Numbered from the stretch's first letter, positions 18,531-28,585 are shown. The stretch is DNA of 64,000 bases from Firmicutes bacterium UBA2598 (GCA_002339345.1 DDKM01000060.1:1580-65579); one strand, 5' to 3'. Numbers and translations: made by a program. Notes: a model not told the origin generated them from the letters alone.

Positions 18531-19901
18531 CTATTTTGATCTACCACCCAATTCGGCAGTAAGGTGGTCCACAAACTGACGGGCAGTGCGGCCGGACCGG
18601 CCATTGTGCCAAAGGGACCATTGCAGGGCGCGTTGACGCAGTTCGGCCGGGGGAATGGACAACCCCCTGGCAGAAAGGATCCCTTCCACGATTTTCAAAT
18701 AGCCCTCCTGATCCGGTGCCGGGAAAATGACGGTAATACCGAAACGGTCGGACAGGGATAGTTTTTCCTGCAGGGTGTCTCCCCGGCGAACCTCATCCAT
18801 ACCCTGCCGATCCGCGAAGTCCTCCTTGATGAGATGCCGGCGGTTGGAGGTGGCATAAATAACCACATTGGCCGGGCGAGCTTCCAGCCCACCTTCCAGC
18901 AAGGCCTTCAGGTGCTTGTAATCGGTTTCCCCTTCATCGAAGGATAGGTCGTCCACAAATAGGATGAATTTCTGCGGCCTGTGGCGCAATATCCGTACCA
19001 AAAATGGAAAATCCCTCAGGTGATGTTTGGGCACCTCGATCAGCCGCAGCCCCAGGGGTGCCAGTTCCTTGGCCACCGCCTTCACAGTGGAAGACTTCCC
19101 GGTTCCCCGATCCCCGTAAAGTAGAATATTGTTGGCCTGGTAACCATGTAAAAGGTGCATGGTATTGGTGATTACCTGTTCCCTTTCCGCCTGGTAACCA
19201 ACCAGATCCGCCAAGGTGACTGGGTCTGGGTTGCTAACCCCCCGCAGAAGCCCCCTGTTACCGTGCCGTTCCCATTGGAAGGCGTAATAACGGGCCATTG
19301 GTCCGCTGCCGTTGGCGTGATGATACTGGGCCAACTCCTGCCAACATGTTGCCCAATCTGCGGCAGTGGCCAGGTGACGGGCCATCTCCTGCCGTCGCCC
19401 GCCATCCCATGGTTCGGTATGGACTGGGGAAGAGGGGAAATCCCAGAGGGTCCACCATGATGGATGGGGTCCTTCCCAGTCCTCGTCAAACAGGGCCCGG
19501 CTGGACGCCTCCCGTACATCGGTGGCCTCGAGCCTGAACAGGGACTGGAGGATGGTCAGATCCCGCTGTACAGCTTCCACAAGGTGCGGGGGTACCTGTT
19601 TGCTGCCGCCCAATGCCGCCTTTCGGGTAAAGGCGTTATCATCATCCAGCACCATTCCCAGAATGTGACACTGCCAGCAACTGGTTCCCCCTAGGTATAC
19701 CGACGGCTGGTGGTTCAGCAGCCAGGCCACCAAACGATGGTAGGCTGCGGCAACATCAACCACCCCGCTGGGTTCGGTGCATCGCTCCAGCAAGGTACGC
19801 ATCCGGGCCACACCCCCATCCCGCAGGAGTTGGTGGTATACCGTCAGGCATTCAGTTGATTGGACCAGGCTTTGCAGCCTGGACAAGCTGTGGTTGTGCA
19901 T
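18531..19901 (-). CDS. DUF815-type AAA ATPase with a long N-terminal extension
   Basis: A Walker A motif (YGDRGTGKSSTVKA) and Walker B motif (ILFVDDLSF) are present. The tracked start overlaps the rluD-like gene by 50 nt. An alternative ATG at 19802 has a GGGGGTG SD. Confidence 0.75.
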   Translation of the reverse strand: MHNHSLSRLQSLVQSTECLTVYHQLLRDGGVARMRTLLERCTEPSGVVDVAAAYHRLVAWLLNHQPSVYLGGTSCWQCHILGMVLDDDNAFTRKAALGGSKQVPPHLVEAVQRDLTILQSLFRLEATDVREASSRALFDEDWEGPHPSWWTLWDFPSSPVHTEPWDGGRRQEMARHLATAADWATCWQELAQYHHANGSGPMARYYAFQWERHGNRGLLRGVSNPDPVTLADLVGYQAEREQVITNTMHLLHGYQANNILLYGDRGTGKSSTVKAVAKELAPLGLRLIEVPKHHLRDFPFLVRILRHRPQKFILFVDDLSFDEGETDYKHLKALLEGGLEARPANVVIYATSNRRHLIKEDFADRQGMDEVRRGDTLQEKLSLSDRFGITVIFPAPDQEGYLKIVEGILSARGLSIPPAELRQRALQWSLWHNGRSGRTARQFVDHLTAELGGRSK

Positions 19902-20829
19902 CGATGACAGTCACCTCATCTACTCTGGCGGCAATCATCCCCAAATGTTTTAGCAGGCCCGCAAAATCGGCCGGAAGGGCACTTTGCAGAGAAACCATCT
20001 CGCCCGTACGCGGCTGGGGAAAAACCACGTGGTAGGCATGGAGCGCCTGGCGCTGTAGCAAGTCCATTGACCCACCATAAAGGCTGTCGCCCAGCAGGGG
20101 GTGCCCCAGATGGGCAAAGTGAACCCTAATCTGGTGGGTACGCCCGGTTTCCAGCCACACTTGCAGCAATGTCGCTCCGGGCTGGGCATCCACCGTCTGG
20201 TAATGGGTAACCGCCTGCTTCCCTCCTGGGCGGACTTCCCACTGGATCAGGCTATCCTCCCGCCTGGCAATGGGAAGCCGTACAGTGCCAGCGGGAGGAT
20301 GGGGATTACCCTCCACCACCGCCAAGTATTTCCTCTGCACCCGGCCGGTATTGATGGCCTGTGCCAGCAATTGATGGGCAAGGGAATGTTTGGCCACCAC
20401 CACCAGCCCGGAAGTCAAGCGGTCCAGACGGTGCACCGGGTGAAAACCGGCCTCCACACCCCACTCCCGCCACAGCCCCAAAATGCCGTTGGCCAGGGTG
20501 CCGGTCAACTCCCCCCTGGCCGGATGAACCAGCATGCCTGGTGGCTTATCCACCACAATGAGGTCGGCATCCTCGTATAGGATGGGAACGGTCAGGGGTT
20601 CCGGCCGGAGGTCCACCGGGGGATCGGCTGGCATCAGCAATTGCACCAGATCCCCTTCCACCAGTACCTGCCTGGAAAACACACACGTTCCGTTTACAAG
20701 GATCCGGCCCCTTTTTCGCAGGCTGCGTACCCTGGTACGGGAAAGCCCCATCACATGGCGCAATACCTGGGCCAGGGTAAGACCAGCCTGTTTTCCGGAA
20801 ATCCGGTACGTCCATTCCAACAACTGCAA
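19852..20829 (-). CDS. RluA-family (RluD-like) 23S rRNA pseudouridine synthase
   Basis: An S4-like N-terminus is followed by the catalytic motif HRLDRLTSGLVVVAK. Confidence 0.85.
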   Translation of the reverse strand: MQLLEWTYRISGKQAGLTLAQVLRHVMGLSRTRVRSLRKRGRILVNGTCVFSRQVLVEGDLVQLLMPADPPVDLRPEPLTVPILYEDADLIVVDKPPGMLVHPARGELTGTLANGILGLWREWGVEAGFHPVHRLDRLTSGLVVVAKHSLAHQLLAQAINTGRVQRKYLAVVEGNPHPPAGTVRLPIARREDSLIQWEVRPGGKQAVTHYQTVDAQPGATLLQVWLETGRTHQIRVHFAHLGHPLLGDSLYGGSMDLLQRQALHAYHVVFPQPRTGEMVSLQSALPADFAGLLKHLGMIAARVDEVTVIDAQPQLVQAAKPGPIN

Positions 20830-21002
20830 AAACCTCCCACTATCCTTATATTTGGTTCGACATATTTTTGGAAATCCCTATTATCCTATCAGACCTGCCA
20901 TCATTTTCATAGTGTGGAGGGAGCGCAGGCTGAAATGAACCAATGATTTGGCCCCCCACCAAAAATTGGCGGGAGGGCCGTTTGTTCCGGAGCGTTTATT
21001 AA

Positions 21003-21755
21003 CTACGTCACGGGCGCCAGCGTCTGGTTGAAACCCGAGGGATTTCCCCCTTCCAGCACCGCCAACGGGTTGGCACAACCGATGACGTGGGCGGCCGTCC
21101 CTCCCACCATACCGGCAATTTGCCGGATGGCACGGCTCAAGCCCGGTGGCCGCTGGTTGATGGAGTGGGCATCGGATCCCAACAGGTGCACCCATCCACG
21201 CCGGACCAACAGTTCCGCCCTTTGGGCGGTGACAGGGCCGTAATCACCGGTAATGCTGCCGGCATTCATCTGGATTAAAATCCCTTGGGAAACCAGCTGT
21301 TCAAGGAAATGCAAATTGGCGACCAGAGGGTCGCAGCGCTCAGGATGGGCTAGTACAGGGGTAATTCCCAGGTGGAGTAGTGTACACAGTACCTCCTCGG
21401 TGTAGGGAGGCACTCGTCCAAATGGCAATTCCACCAGCAGGTGTTTACCCATGTCATTGATGGTGAGGATATCCCCATCCACCACCTGACCCGGTAGATC
21501 AGCATGTAAATACACCTCGGCCGCCGGGAAAAGGACGACGGGGATGCCCTCTTCCCAGAAATGCTGCCGCAAAACACTTGTTTGAGTAATAATCCTTTCC
21601 CTACCGTTGTGGTACTTTCCTACATGGCAGTGGGGTGTCAGCACCATGGCCCTGGTTCCTTCCGCCCAAGCCATGCGGGCCATCACCAGGGAGTCCGCCA
21701 GAAAGTCTGCCCCATCATCCAGACCTGGTAGGATGTGTGTGTGAAAATCAATCAA
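21003..21755 (-). CDS. PHP-family protein-tyrosine phosphatase (CpsB/YwqE type)
   Basis: The sequence shows MIDFHTHILPGLDDGA and later HPER and GSDAHS motifs. Confidence 0.8.
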   Translation of the reverse strand: MIDFHTHILPGLDDGADFLADSLVMARMAWAEGTRAMVLTPHCHVGKYHNGRERIITQTSVLRQHFWEEGIPVVLFPAAEVYLHADLPGQVVDGDILTINDMGKHLLVELPFGRVPPYTEEVLCTLLHLGITPVLAHPERCDPLVANLHFLEQLVSQGILIQMNAGSITGDYGPVTAQRAELLVRRGWVHLLGSDAHSINQRPPGLSRAIRQIAGMVGGTAAHVIGCANPLAVLEGGNPSGFNQTLAPVT

Positions 21756-21780
21756 GATGCCACTACCTTTCCGCCAGTGC

Positions 21781-22848
21781 TCAAAAGTCCGGGGTCAACA
21801 CCACCCTTTTGGGCAGCCTGCCGCCATGGACATCATGAAACACCGACTGGATGTCACCCATGGGCTTTACCTCCACAAAGGGCTCAACCTGGATCCGGCG
21901 GTCCAGCACCAACTGTAAAACTTCAGGATAATATCGCGGCAAGCAACCCCAGGTACCGATAATTTCCGCGTCAAAGGCCATTAATCGGGACAACATGTAC
22001 TCCACCTTGTGGGTACCAAAACCTACCACAATCATTTTTCCGATAAACCATAGAAGCTCTAGGCAGATCTCCTGCCCCATCCTGGTGCCAGTACATTCAA
22101 ACAGCTTCCAACCAAAGGCGGGCAGATCCCGGGCCTTACAGTAAGCCCGGAATTCCTCCCTAACCTCCTGCACACCCTTTTCGGTGGTGTTAATGGTGAA
22201 AGTGGCACCATACCGCAGGGAACGCTCCAGCTTGGGTGCCACCATGTCCACGGCTACCACTTCCCGTGCCCCCAGCACCGAGGCAATCTGGGTCATGTAT
22301 GTGCCGATTCCGCCCACCGCACCGGTGATCAGCACCAGATCCCCAGCCTGAAGATCTGCCCGTTTGGCGGCCTGGTAAGGAGAGGTAACGGCGTCTGCCA
22401 CCACCGCCAGTTGTTCCAGTGGCAGATCCTGGCGGTTTTCCACCACACAGAGATCCCTGGCCGGCACCGGGATATGGCTGGCAAACCCGCCGTAAACGCC
22501 CAGGCTGTTTCCGGGCATGGCCTGGTGCAAGCACCGGTTGCCCCGGCCGGCAGCGCAAATGGGACAGGCGTTGCACGGCATCACGGCCGGGATGATCACC
22601 TCCTTGCCCAGCATGTCCTCCGCCCCTGCCACCACCCGGCCGCTGATCTCATGTCCCAGGATGAGGGGCGATTTGGTAACGGTGGGTACTCCGTTGTAGA
22701 AATAGCCGATGTCGGTGTGGCATACGCCGCACCCGGCGATCTCCACCAACACCTCCCCAGGTTTCAGGGCGGGGACATCGATGGTAACCTTTTCCATCTT
22801 GCCCGGTTCAGTCATTTGCCACCCTTGGATTTTCCAAGGTCTACCCAT
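21781..22848 (-). CDS. had: zinc-dependent alcohol dehydrogenase, candidate 6-hydroxycyclohex-1-ene-1-carbonyl-CoA dehydrogenase
   Basis: The MDR zinc motif is present (CGVCHTDIGYFYNGVPTVTKSPLILGHEISG). Its size and its position next to dch and oah match the benzoyl-CoA lower pathway. The ATG at 22848 has a GAGGGGG SD, whereas the tracked start at 22884 overlaps dch. Confidence 0.75.
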   Translation of the reverse strand: MGRPWKIQGWQMTEPGKMEKVTIDVPALKPGEVLVEIAGCGVCHTDIGYFYNGVPTVTKSPLILGHEISGRVVAGAEDMLGKEVIIPAVMPCNACPICAAGRGNRCLHQAMPGNSLGVYGGFASHIPVPARDLCVVENRQDLPLEQLAVVADAVTSPYQAAKRADLQAGDLVLITGAVGGIGTYMTQIASVLGAREVVAVDMVAPKLERSLRYGATFTINTTEKGVQEVREEFRAYCKARDLPAFGWKLFECTGTRMGQEICLELLWFIGKMIVVGFGTHKVEYMLSRLMAFDAEIIGTWGCLPRYYPEVLQLVLDRRIQVEPFVEVKPMGDIQSVFHDVHGGRLPKRVVLTPDF

Positions 22849-22868
22849 GGTTTCGACCCCCTCATCTG

Positions 22869-23663
22869 TTATTTCCCCTGCCACACCGGCCGGCGCTTTG
22901 CCATAAAGGCCTCCAGACCCTCGTGGGCATCACGGGTTTGCATCAGTTCCTGCAGGTAAATGTGGTCAATGTCACGTAATCCGTCGGCAAACCCTTTGCC
23001 CAAACCTACCCGCACCGCCTTTTTGGTCAACGCCAACACCACAGGGCTTTGATCCAGCAGCTGCCGCAAAAAGTCCGACACCCCCTGGGCAAAGGTATCG
23101 GCAGGAAACACCCTGTTCACTAACCCCCATTGCTCTACCTGGGCGGCTGTGCACACCTGGCCGGTCAACAACAGTTCTATGGCCCGAGGCCATGGCAGCA
23201 GACGCGGCAAAAGATAACAGGCAATGGGCGGAAACACCCCGACACTGATCTCCGGTTGGCCAAACTTGGCCTTGTCCGAAGCAAGGATCAGATCGCAAAA
23301 GAGGACCAGTTCACAGCCGCCCCCAAGGGCAGCCCCGTTTACTGCCGCCACAATGGGCTTATCAATCCGATGCATTGTGTAAAAAATTTCATCAAAAACA
23401 GTAATCATCCGTTCAACCTTGTCTGCCGTGTGGTCCGCCACATCCACCCCGGCGGAAAAGGCCTTTCCTTTTGCTTCCAGCAACACCAGGGCAGACGGTT
23501 GGCTGTCGGCCCACCGCAGGGCGTCAACCAACTCCTCTATCATATCGATGGTCAATACATTCATGGGTGGGCGGTCCAAGGTAATGACCGCCACCCCTCC
23601 TTCATTGCGAACCTGCAGGTACTGGTATGACAATCCTACTCCCTCCCTTCCGGTACGGGACAT
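22869..23663 (-). CDS. dch: enoyl-CoA hydratase family, candidate cyclohexa-1,5-diene-1-carbonyl-CoA hydratase
   Basis: It has a crotonase fold (VAVITLDRPPMNVL and FSAGVDV). The ATG at 23663 follows a GAGGAGG SD. The gene sits between oah and had. Confidence 0.7.
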   Translation of the reverse strand: MSRTGREGVGLSYQYLQVRNEGGVAVITLDRPPMNVLTIDMIEELVDALRWADSQPSALVLLEAKGKAFSAGVDVADHTADKVERMITVFDEIFYTMHRIDKPIVAAVNGAALGGGCELVLFCDLILASDKAKFGQPEISVGVFPPIACYLLPRLLPWPRAIELLLTGQVCTAAQVEQWGLVNRVFPADTFAQGVSDFLRQLLDQSPVVLALTKKAVRVGLGKGFADGLRDIDHIYLQELMQTRDAHEGLEAFMAKRRPVWQGK

Positions 23664-23673
23664 CCCGCCTCCT

Positions 23674-24810
23674 CTATTCCTTGCGCTGGGGCAATACAGC
23701 GTCAACCAACTCCTGGTCAAAGGGTCTTCCCTCCGCCAATATCCGGCGGTAGGCAATGAAATCACACTCACTGCGCCCGGTGATCTTCTTGTTGTTAAAA
23801 GCATTGAATCCCAGATAGGCTTCACTCATCATGTTGGCCGCAAGCCAGTGGCGGCTGGAGAGCTTGGACTGGTCCCAAAAGAATTTTTTCTTCTGGCGGA
23901 TGCCATCGATGGACATCATCAGACAGTGGGGGAACAGGTTGGTCAGGGCCAGGACAACCCTGTTTACCTCCTGGTCCAATAGGGAATAGTCCACCACACA
24001 GTCCTTCATGAGGGCCCGGGCCTCTTCCGCGGCTGCCCCCTCCCGGAACTCCCCATAGACAATGCGTCCATCGGACACATATTGCTCGGTATATACCAGC
24101 GGGTTCCTGATAAATTGGTCACCCTGTTTGAGTACTGGCACCGCCTTGGAAATCAGACCAAGCCTTTCCATCTTGTAGGCACTCCACTGTTCACAGGATA
24201 TACAGCTCCACATGGCGTGCTCCATGCCCAAAAACCAGAACAGGTAATCGGTAACACCGCCAACGGGCGCGGAACCGTGTTTGGGTCCAGCCTGGCCGAA
24301 GAGTGCTAGATCCGATGAGATGGAAAGATCACAGGCCAGCCCGATTTCCTGCCCCCCTGCCACCCGCATTCCATTTACCCGGCAAATAACCGGCTTTTTA
24401 CACATGAAAATGGCATCAACCATACCGTTAAAAAGGTCCATGTACAGGGCATATTCGCTGGGATTACCGCTGTAGTACTCGGCATACTCCTTGGTGTTCC
24501 CCCCGGTACAAAAGGCTTTATCACCGGTGCCGGTAAACACTACGGCAACCACTGAGCGGTCCATGGAAGCCCGGTGAAAACCGGCGATGACACCTTTCAC
24601 CATCTCCGTGGTATAGGAATTGTACTGGGCAGGATTGTTCAAGATCACCCAGGCCGTATAAAGTCCTTCGATGGGATTGCCGTTTCCGTCAACCACCAGC
24701 CTTTTTTGGTACACCACGCCCGGCGCCTCGCTGCGGAAATGCTCTTCCCCAAACAGGTCATGGTTTTTCAGACCCGTTTGCCGGGGCCACTTGGTCAAAT
24801 CCATAGCCAT
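23674..24810 (-). CDS. oah: 6-oxocyclohex-1-ene-1-carbonyl-CoA hydrolase (ring-cleaving, BamA/Oah/BzdY type)
   Basis: This is an enlarged crotonase of about 378 aa with the motifs VVFTGTGDKAFCTGGNTKEY and RVNGMRVAGGQEIGLACDL. Size and motifs are characteristic of BamA/Oah. Confidence 0.8.
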   Translation of the reverse strand: MAMDLTKWPRQTGLKNHDLFGEEHFRSEAPGVVYQKRLVVDGNGNPIEGLYTAWVILNNPAQYNSYTTEMVKGVIAGFHRASMDRSVVAVVFTGTGDKAFCTGGNTKEYAEYYSGNPSEYALYMDLFNGMVDAIFMCKKPVICRVNGMRVAGGQEIGLACDLSISSDLALFGQAGPKHGSAPVGGVTDYLFWFLGMEHAMWSCISCEQWSAYKMERLGLISKAVPVLKQGDQFIRNPLVYTEQYVSDGRIVYGEFREGAAAEEARALMKDCVVDYSLLDQEVNRVVLALTNLFPHCLMMSIDGIRQKKKFFWDQSKLSSRHWLAANMMSEAYLGFNAFNNKKITGRSECDFIAYRRILAEGRPFDQELVDAVLPQRKE

Positions 24811-24831
24811 TCCTCCTTCACGCGGGTTTTT

Positions 24832-27303
24832 CTAAAATAAGTCATCCATATCTCCCACACCCTCCGGCAAGTGCCCGTGCTGTTGCAAGAACTGTTGGAT
24901 CAACTGGCTTTCCCGCGAGGTATACATGGGATCTTCCTCATAACCGAAAAAGGCTACCCTGCCCATATACTCCAATTGTTCAGCCAGGGAACGGTGAAGG
25001 TTCGCAGTGCCAACTATGGCCAGAATCTTCTTGTTGTTGTCCAGTAGTTGGTAAACACCCTCCCCTTCCGGCACCCGGGCCACATTTTCTTTGTTGAATG
25101 GTAACCACCGGTCCGGCGGAAAGGGTGGAGCCCCAATGGACAGCCGCAAGTCGCAACGCAGGCACCGGGAGGCTTCCGTTACCGCCATATCCTCCAGCAA
25201 ACCCAGTTCCACCTCACCAAACCTGGCCACCAGCACCTCCCCGGCAGGACATTGGTTACCGGCAGCAATCCGCTGCCATGGCCGCTGCAGGACGCCATGC
25301 CGATCCATGGCCGCAAATCCCTCCACCTGGCCGAGGAAACCCGAAACCGGTTCTCGTGGCACCAGTTCCTCCTCAATGACACCGTCCCCCCCCAGGTACC
25401 GGTCGATGGCGCTGGCAGCCGTCCGCCCGGCGGCAATGGCCTCAATGACCGACTTGGGGCCGGTGACAGCGTCACCACAGGCAAAGATCCCGCTGATGGT
25501 GGTACCCATGGTTTTGGGATCAACAATCAGGTACCCCCCAGGTCCTACAAGGCCTGCCAGTTCACCCAAAAAGTTAATTTCCGGCCGCTGGCCGATGGCA
25601 ATGATTACAGTATCTGCCGGAACTTCTTCCTCCGTCCCCTGGATAAAGGAAGGGTTGAATAGCCCTTCCCCGTCCAACAGGGCCGCCACGGCAATGGTGG
25701 TTACCCCTTCCACCTTGCCCTTTGCCCCCTGTAGGGAATGTACCCCCCGCCCATGACAGATGCATACCCCCTCCTGGCGGGCGGCCGCCACCTCTGCCGG
25801 AAAAGCGGGCATTTCTCCGTCCGCTTCCATGCAATAGACGGTAACGGTCTCCGCCCCCAGGCGCAGGGCGGTGCGAGCAGCATCAATGGCCACATTACCG
25901 CCACCGATTATCACTACCCGCGGGCCCACCGACAGGTATTCTCCGAGGCTCACCCCGCGTAGAAAATGGGCGCCGTAATAAACCCCGGATAGATCCTCAC
26001 CCGGTACTCCCAGATGAATCACGCCCTGGGTGCCAGTGGCCAACAGGACAGCGTGAAAGCCCTGGGCCAGGAGGGCCCCGGCATCACGCACCGGATGATT
26101 GGTCTTGATCCTAACCCCCGCACCGGCAATTTCCCCAACTTCCCTTTCCAGAACATCCCTTGGCAGCCGGTAAGGGGGGATCCCCAGCCTAGTCATGCCC
26201 CCCGCCACCGGCTGGGCTTCAAATACAGTGACATCATGGCCCTGCCGGGCCAGGTAATAGGCAGCGGTCAAACCGGCGGGGCCGGCGCCCACCACCGCCA
26301 CATACCTCCCGCTTGGCAGGACAGCCCTTTGCCTCGTGCGCCACCACCCGCTGTCCTGGTCAGCCACAAAGCGCTTCAGGCGGCATATGGAAACGGGCTG
26401 GTTCAAGAATCCCCGGCGGCACCCTGTTTCACAGGGATGGAAACAAACCCGGCCCAGAGTGGCCGGAAAGGGCACCCTTTCCCTGATCACTGCCAGGGCA
26501 TGATCGAACTGTTCCGTGGCGATTAGCCTCACATACCAGGGCACGTCAATTCCCGCCGGACAGTTGTGCCGGCAGGGCACCAGGGCCGCATCGCCCGCAG
26601 CTCCCTGGATACCCATGTCCGTCAGGGCACCCGTCGGACAGACGGCCACACAGGCAGTGCAAAACCGGCAGTGGGACTGGGCAAGGGAGGTCCCGGTGGT
26701 GGACACCACCGAGCGTCCCTGGAATTCCATCGCCTGTAACGCACCCACACCCCGGATGTCCCGGCACACCCGCACACACCGCAGGCAGCCAATGCAAAGG
26801 TTGTAATCCCGCCGGATGAGGGGCTCCTCCTCAACCACCGGCAGTCCTAGAAACCGGTACCGGGGAGTTTCCGGCTTGATTCCGACAAATCCGGCCACCC
26901 TTTGCACTTCGCAGTTACCCAGTTCAGGACAGCACCTTTCCTCCACCGGCACATTGCTGGAACACTGGGTACGACTGCAACCCTCCTGCTGGGCACAGGT
27001 CAGGCATGCGTGGGGATGGTTCGCCAGAATGGCCATCAGCTTATCCTGCCGGTAATCCCGCACCCTTCGGGTGCCGGTATACACCATCATCCCGGGTACA
27101 ACCAGGGTCTCGCAGGATTGGGCCAGTTCATCCCGGCCCTCAACTTCCACCACACACAGCCTGCATATCCCACCCGGAGGCAGATCGGGGTGGGAGCACA
27201 ACCCAGGAATATAGATCCCTGCCATCCGGGCCGCTTCCATGATGGTCCACCCGGGCTGGGCCTCCACCGGTAGTCCGTCAATGTAAAGTTGGACTGGTTC
27301 CAT
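24832..27303 (-). CDS. multidomain Fe-S flavoprotein: 2Fe-2S plus 4Fe-4S NuoG-like N-terminus, GltD-like NAD(P)H/FAD oxidoreductase, and an unusual C-terminal tail (candidate ferredoxin-reducing BzdV analogue)
   Basis: The N-terminus is MEPVQLYIDG...CRLCVVEV. 4Fe-4S motifs follow (CIGCLRCVRVC and CRFCTACVAVCP). A dinucleotide fold (VAVVGAGPAGLTAAYYL) and a second GG motif (VVIIGGGNVAIDAA) are also present. Confidence 0.8.
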   Translation of the reverse strand: MEPVQLYIDGLPVEAQPGWTIMEAARMAGIYIPGLCSHPDLPPGGICRLCVVEVEGRDELAQSCETLVVPGMMVYTGTRRVRDYRQDKLMAILANHPHACLTCAQQEGCSRTQCSSNVPVEERCCPELGNCEVQRVAGFVGIKPETPRYRFLGLPVVEEEPLIRRDYNLCIGCLRCVRVCRDIRGVGALQAMEFQGRSVVSTTGTSLAQSHCRFCTACVAVCPTGALTDMGIQGAAGDAALVPCRHNCPAGIDVPWYVRLIATEQFDHALAVIRERVPFPATLGRVCFHPCETGCRRGFLNQPVSICRLKRFVADQDSGWWRTRQRAVLPSGRYVAVVGAGPAGLTAAYYLARQGHDVTVFEAQPVAGGMTRLGIPPYRLPRDVLEREVGEIAGAGVRIKTNHPVRDAGALLAQGFHAVLLATGTQGVIHLGVPGEDLSGVYYGAHFLRGVSLGEYLSVGPRVVIIGGGNVAIDAARTALRLGAETVTVYCMEADGEMPAFPAEVAAARQEGVCICHGRGVHSLQGAKGKVEGVTTIAVAALLDGEGLFNPSFIQGTEEEVPADTVIIAIGQRPEINFLGELAGLVGPGGYLIVDPKTMGTTISGIFACGDAVTGPKSVIEAIAAGRTAASAIDRYLGGDGVIEEELVPREPVSGFLGQVEGFAAMDRHGVLQRPWQRIAAGNQCPAGEVLVARFGEVELGLLEDMAVTEASRCLRCDLRLSIGAPPFPPDRWLPFNKENVARVPEGEGVYQLLDNNKKILAIVGTANLHRSLAEQLEYMGRVAFFGYEEDPMYTSRESQLIQQFLQQHGHLPEGVGDMDDLF

Positions 27304-27337
27304 GATTTTGCCGCCCCCGTGCTACATATTTCCGGCT

Positions 27338-27619
27338 CTACCAGGAATGGCGGAGACCTCCCAGGCGGCAAGCCGCCACACAGGGAATTTCCTTTGTTCC
27401 GCCGGTGGGTTTGCATGGCGCGCAACTGTACTTGATTTTTTTGCGGTGTTCCTCGCGTACCGCAATGACCTGGTCATCGTAATCATCGGTGATCACTTCC
27501 AGCACCTGTTCCGGGCAGGCCTCCACACAGCCTTTATCCGGACAACCGGCACACCTGCCGGTATCCACCGAAATAAAGAACTCACCGGATCCGTCCTTGT
27601 AACCGTAATTGGCAAACAT
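27338..27619 (-). CDS. ferredoxin (2x[4Fe-4S]-type), candidate electron donor to the reductase
   Basis: Cys motifs are CAGCPDKGCVEACP and CAPC...CVAAC. It occupies the position of bzdM in the Azoarcus gene order. Confidence 0.7.
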   Translation of the reverse strand: MFANYGYKDGSGEFFISVDTGRCAGCPDKGCVEACPEQVLEVITDDYDDQVIAVREEHRKKIKYSCAPCKPTGGTKEIPCVAACRLGGLRHSW

Positions 27620-27644
27620 GCCGAGCCACCTCCTTCAGATGGTT

Positions 27645-28574
27645 CTAACCCTTCCCCTTTTCCACCAGTGCCTTGGCAAAAAGGGCGGCCCCCAGGGCGC
27701 CGGCGATCTGGGTGTCGTACCTGGGCTTCAGGGCCTTTAAGTTCAGCTCCTTTTCAATGCGGCTGACCACACCGATGTTTTTGGCGATGCCGCCGGTAAT
27801 GGCAAAATCCCTTTCCACACCATTGCGTTCCAAAAGGGATACCACCCGGTGGGCCATGGCGGAACAGTAGGCTGCCAGCACCCTTTCCTTCGGCCAGCCC
27901 GCCCGCAACAGCCCGGTGGCCTCGGTCTTGGCAAATACCACACAGGTGCTGCTCACCGGCGGGGGCTCCTTCTCCACCTGCAGGGACATTTCCCCAACCT
28001 CTTCAATGGAAACCGCCAGCAGGTTGGCAAAGACCTCCATTCCCCTCCCCGTGCCGGCCGCGCACTTGTCATTCATCAGGAAGGAGACCACCTTCCCCTT
28101 TTCATCACACCGGATGGCCTTGCAGTCCTGACCACCCATATCAAGGACGGTGCGCACCGTCGAACCGTACATGTAATTGGCCCCCCGGGCATGGCAGGCA
28201 ATTTCCGTGACCGTCTTGTTGGCAAAGGGCACATTTACCCGGCCGTACCCGGTGCCGACGGTATAAGTGAGATCCTCCATTTTCATGCCGGTGTTTTCCA
28301 TGGCCCACTTCATGGCTTTGATTGCGCTATCCGGACTGTCCGACCCCGTACGCATATTGGAATAGGCATAAAGTTCCCCGTCCAACATGATCACCGCCTG
28401 GGTACTTACCGAACCCACATCCACCCCACCGGAAATTATCTTGGCCTTCCGCCAGTCCCTGGAGGGATCAAACCAGTTGTATTCAGTCCACCGCCAGTAC
28501 TCCTTCGGCTTATCCGCTTGGTTTACAACCATGCCAATTACCTCCCCTTTGCGGAAATCCAGTTTTGTCGCCAT
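27645..28574 (-). CDS. bzdQ: benzoyl-CoA reductase ATP-binding subunit (BcrAD_BadFG family; BzdQ/BcrA position)
   Basis: The acetate/sugar-kinase-type ATPase fold is visible in GGVDVGSVSTQAVIM, DMGGQDCKAI, NDKCAAGTGRG and ITGGIAKN. The subunit name is assigned by gene order only. Confidence 0.8.
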   Translation of the reverse strand: MATKLDFRKGEVIGMVVNQADKPKEYWRWTEYNWFDPSRDWRKAKIISGGVDVGSVSTQAVIMLDGELYAYSNMRTGSDSPDSAIKAMKWAMENTGMKMEDLTYTVGTGYGRVNVPFANKTVTEIACHARGANYMYGSTVRTVLDMGGQDCKAIRCDEKGKVVSFLMNDKCAAGTGRGMEVFANLLAVSIEEVGEMSLQVEKEPPPVSSTCVVFAKTEATGLLRAGWPKERVLAAYCSAMAHRVVSLLERNGVERDFAITGGIAKNIGVVSRIEKELNLKALKPRYDTQIAGALGAALFAKALVEKGKG

Positions 28575-28585
28575 TGTACAGAGCC

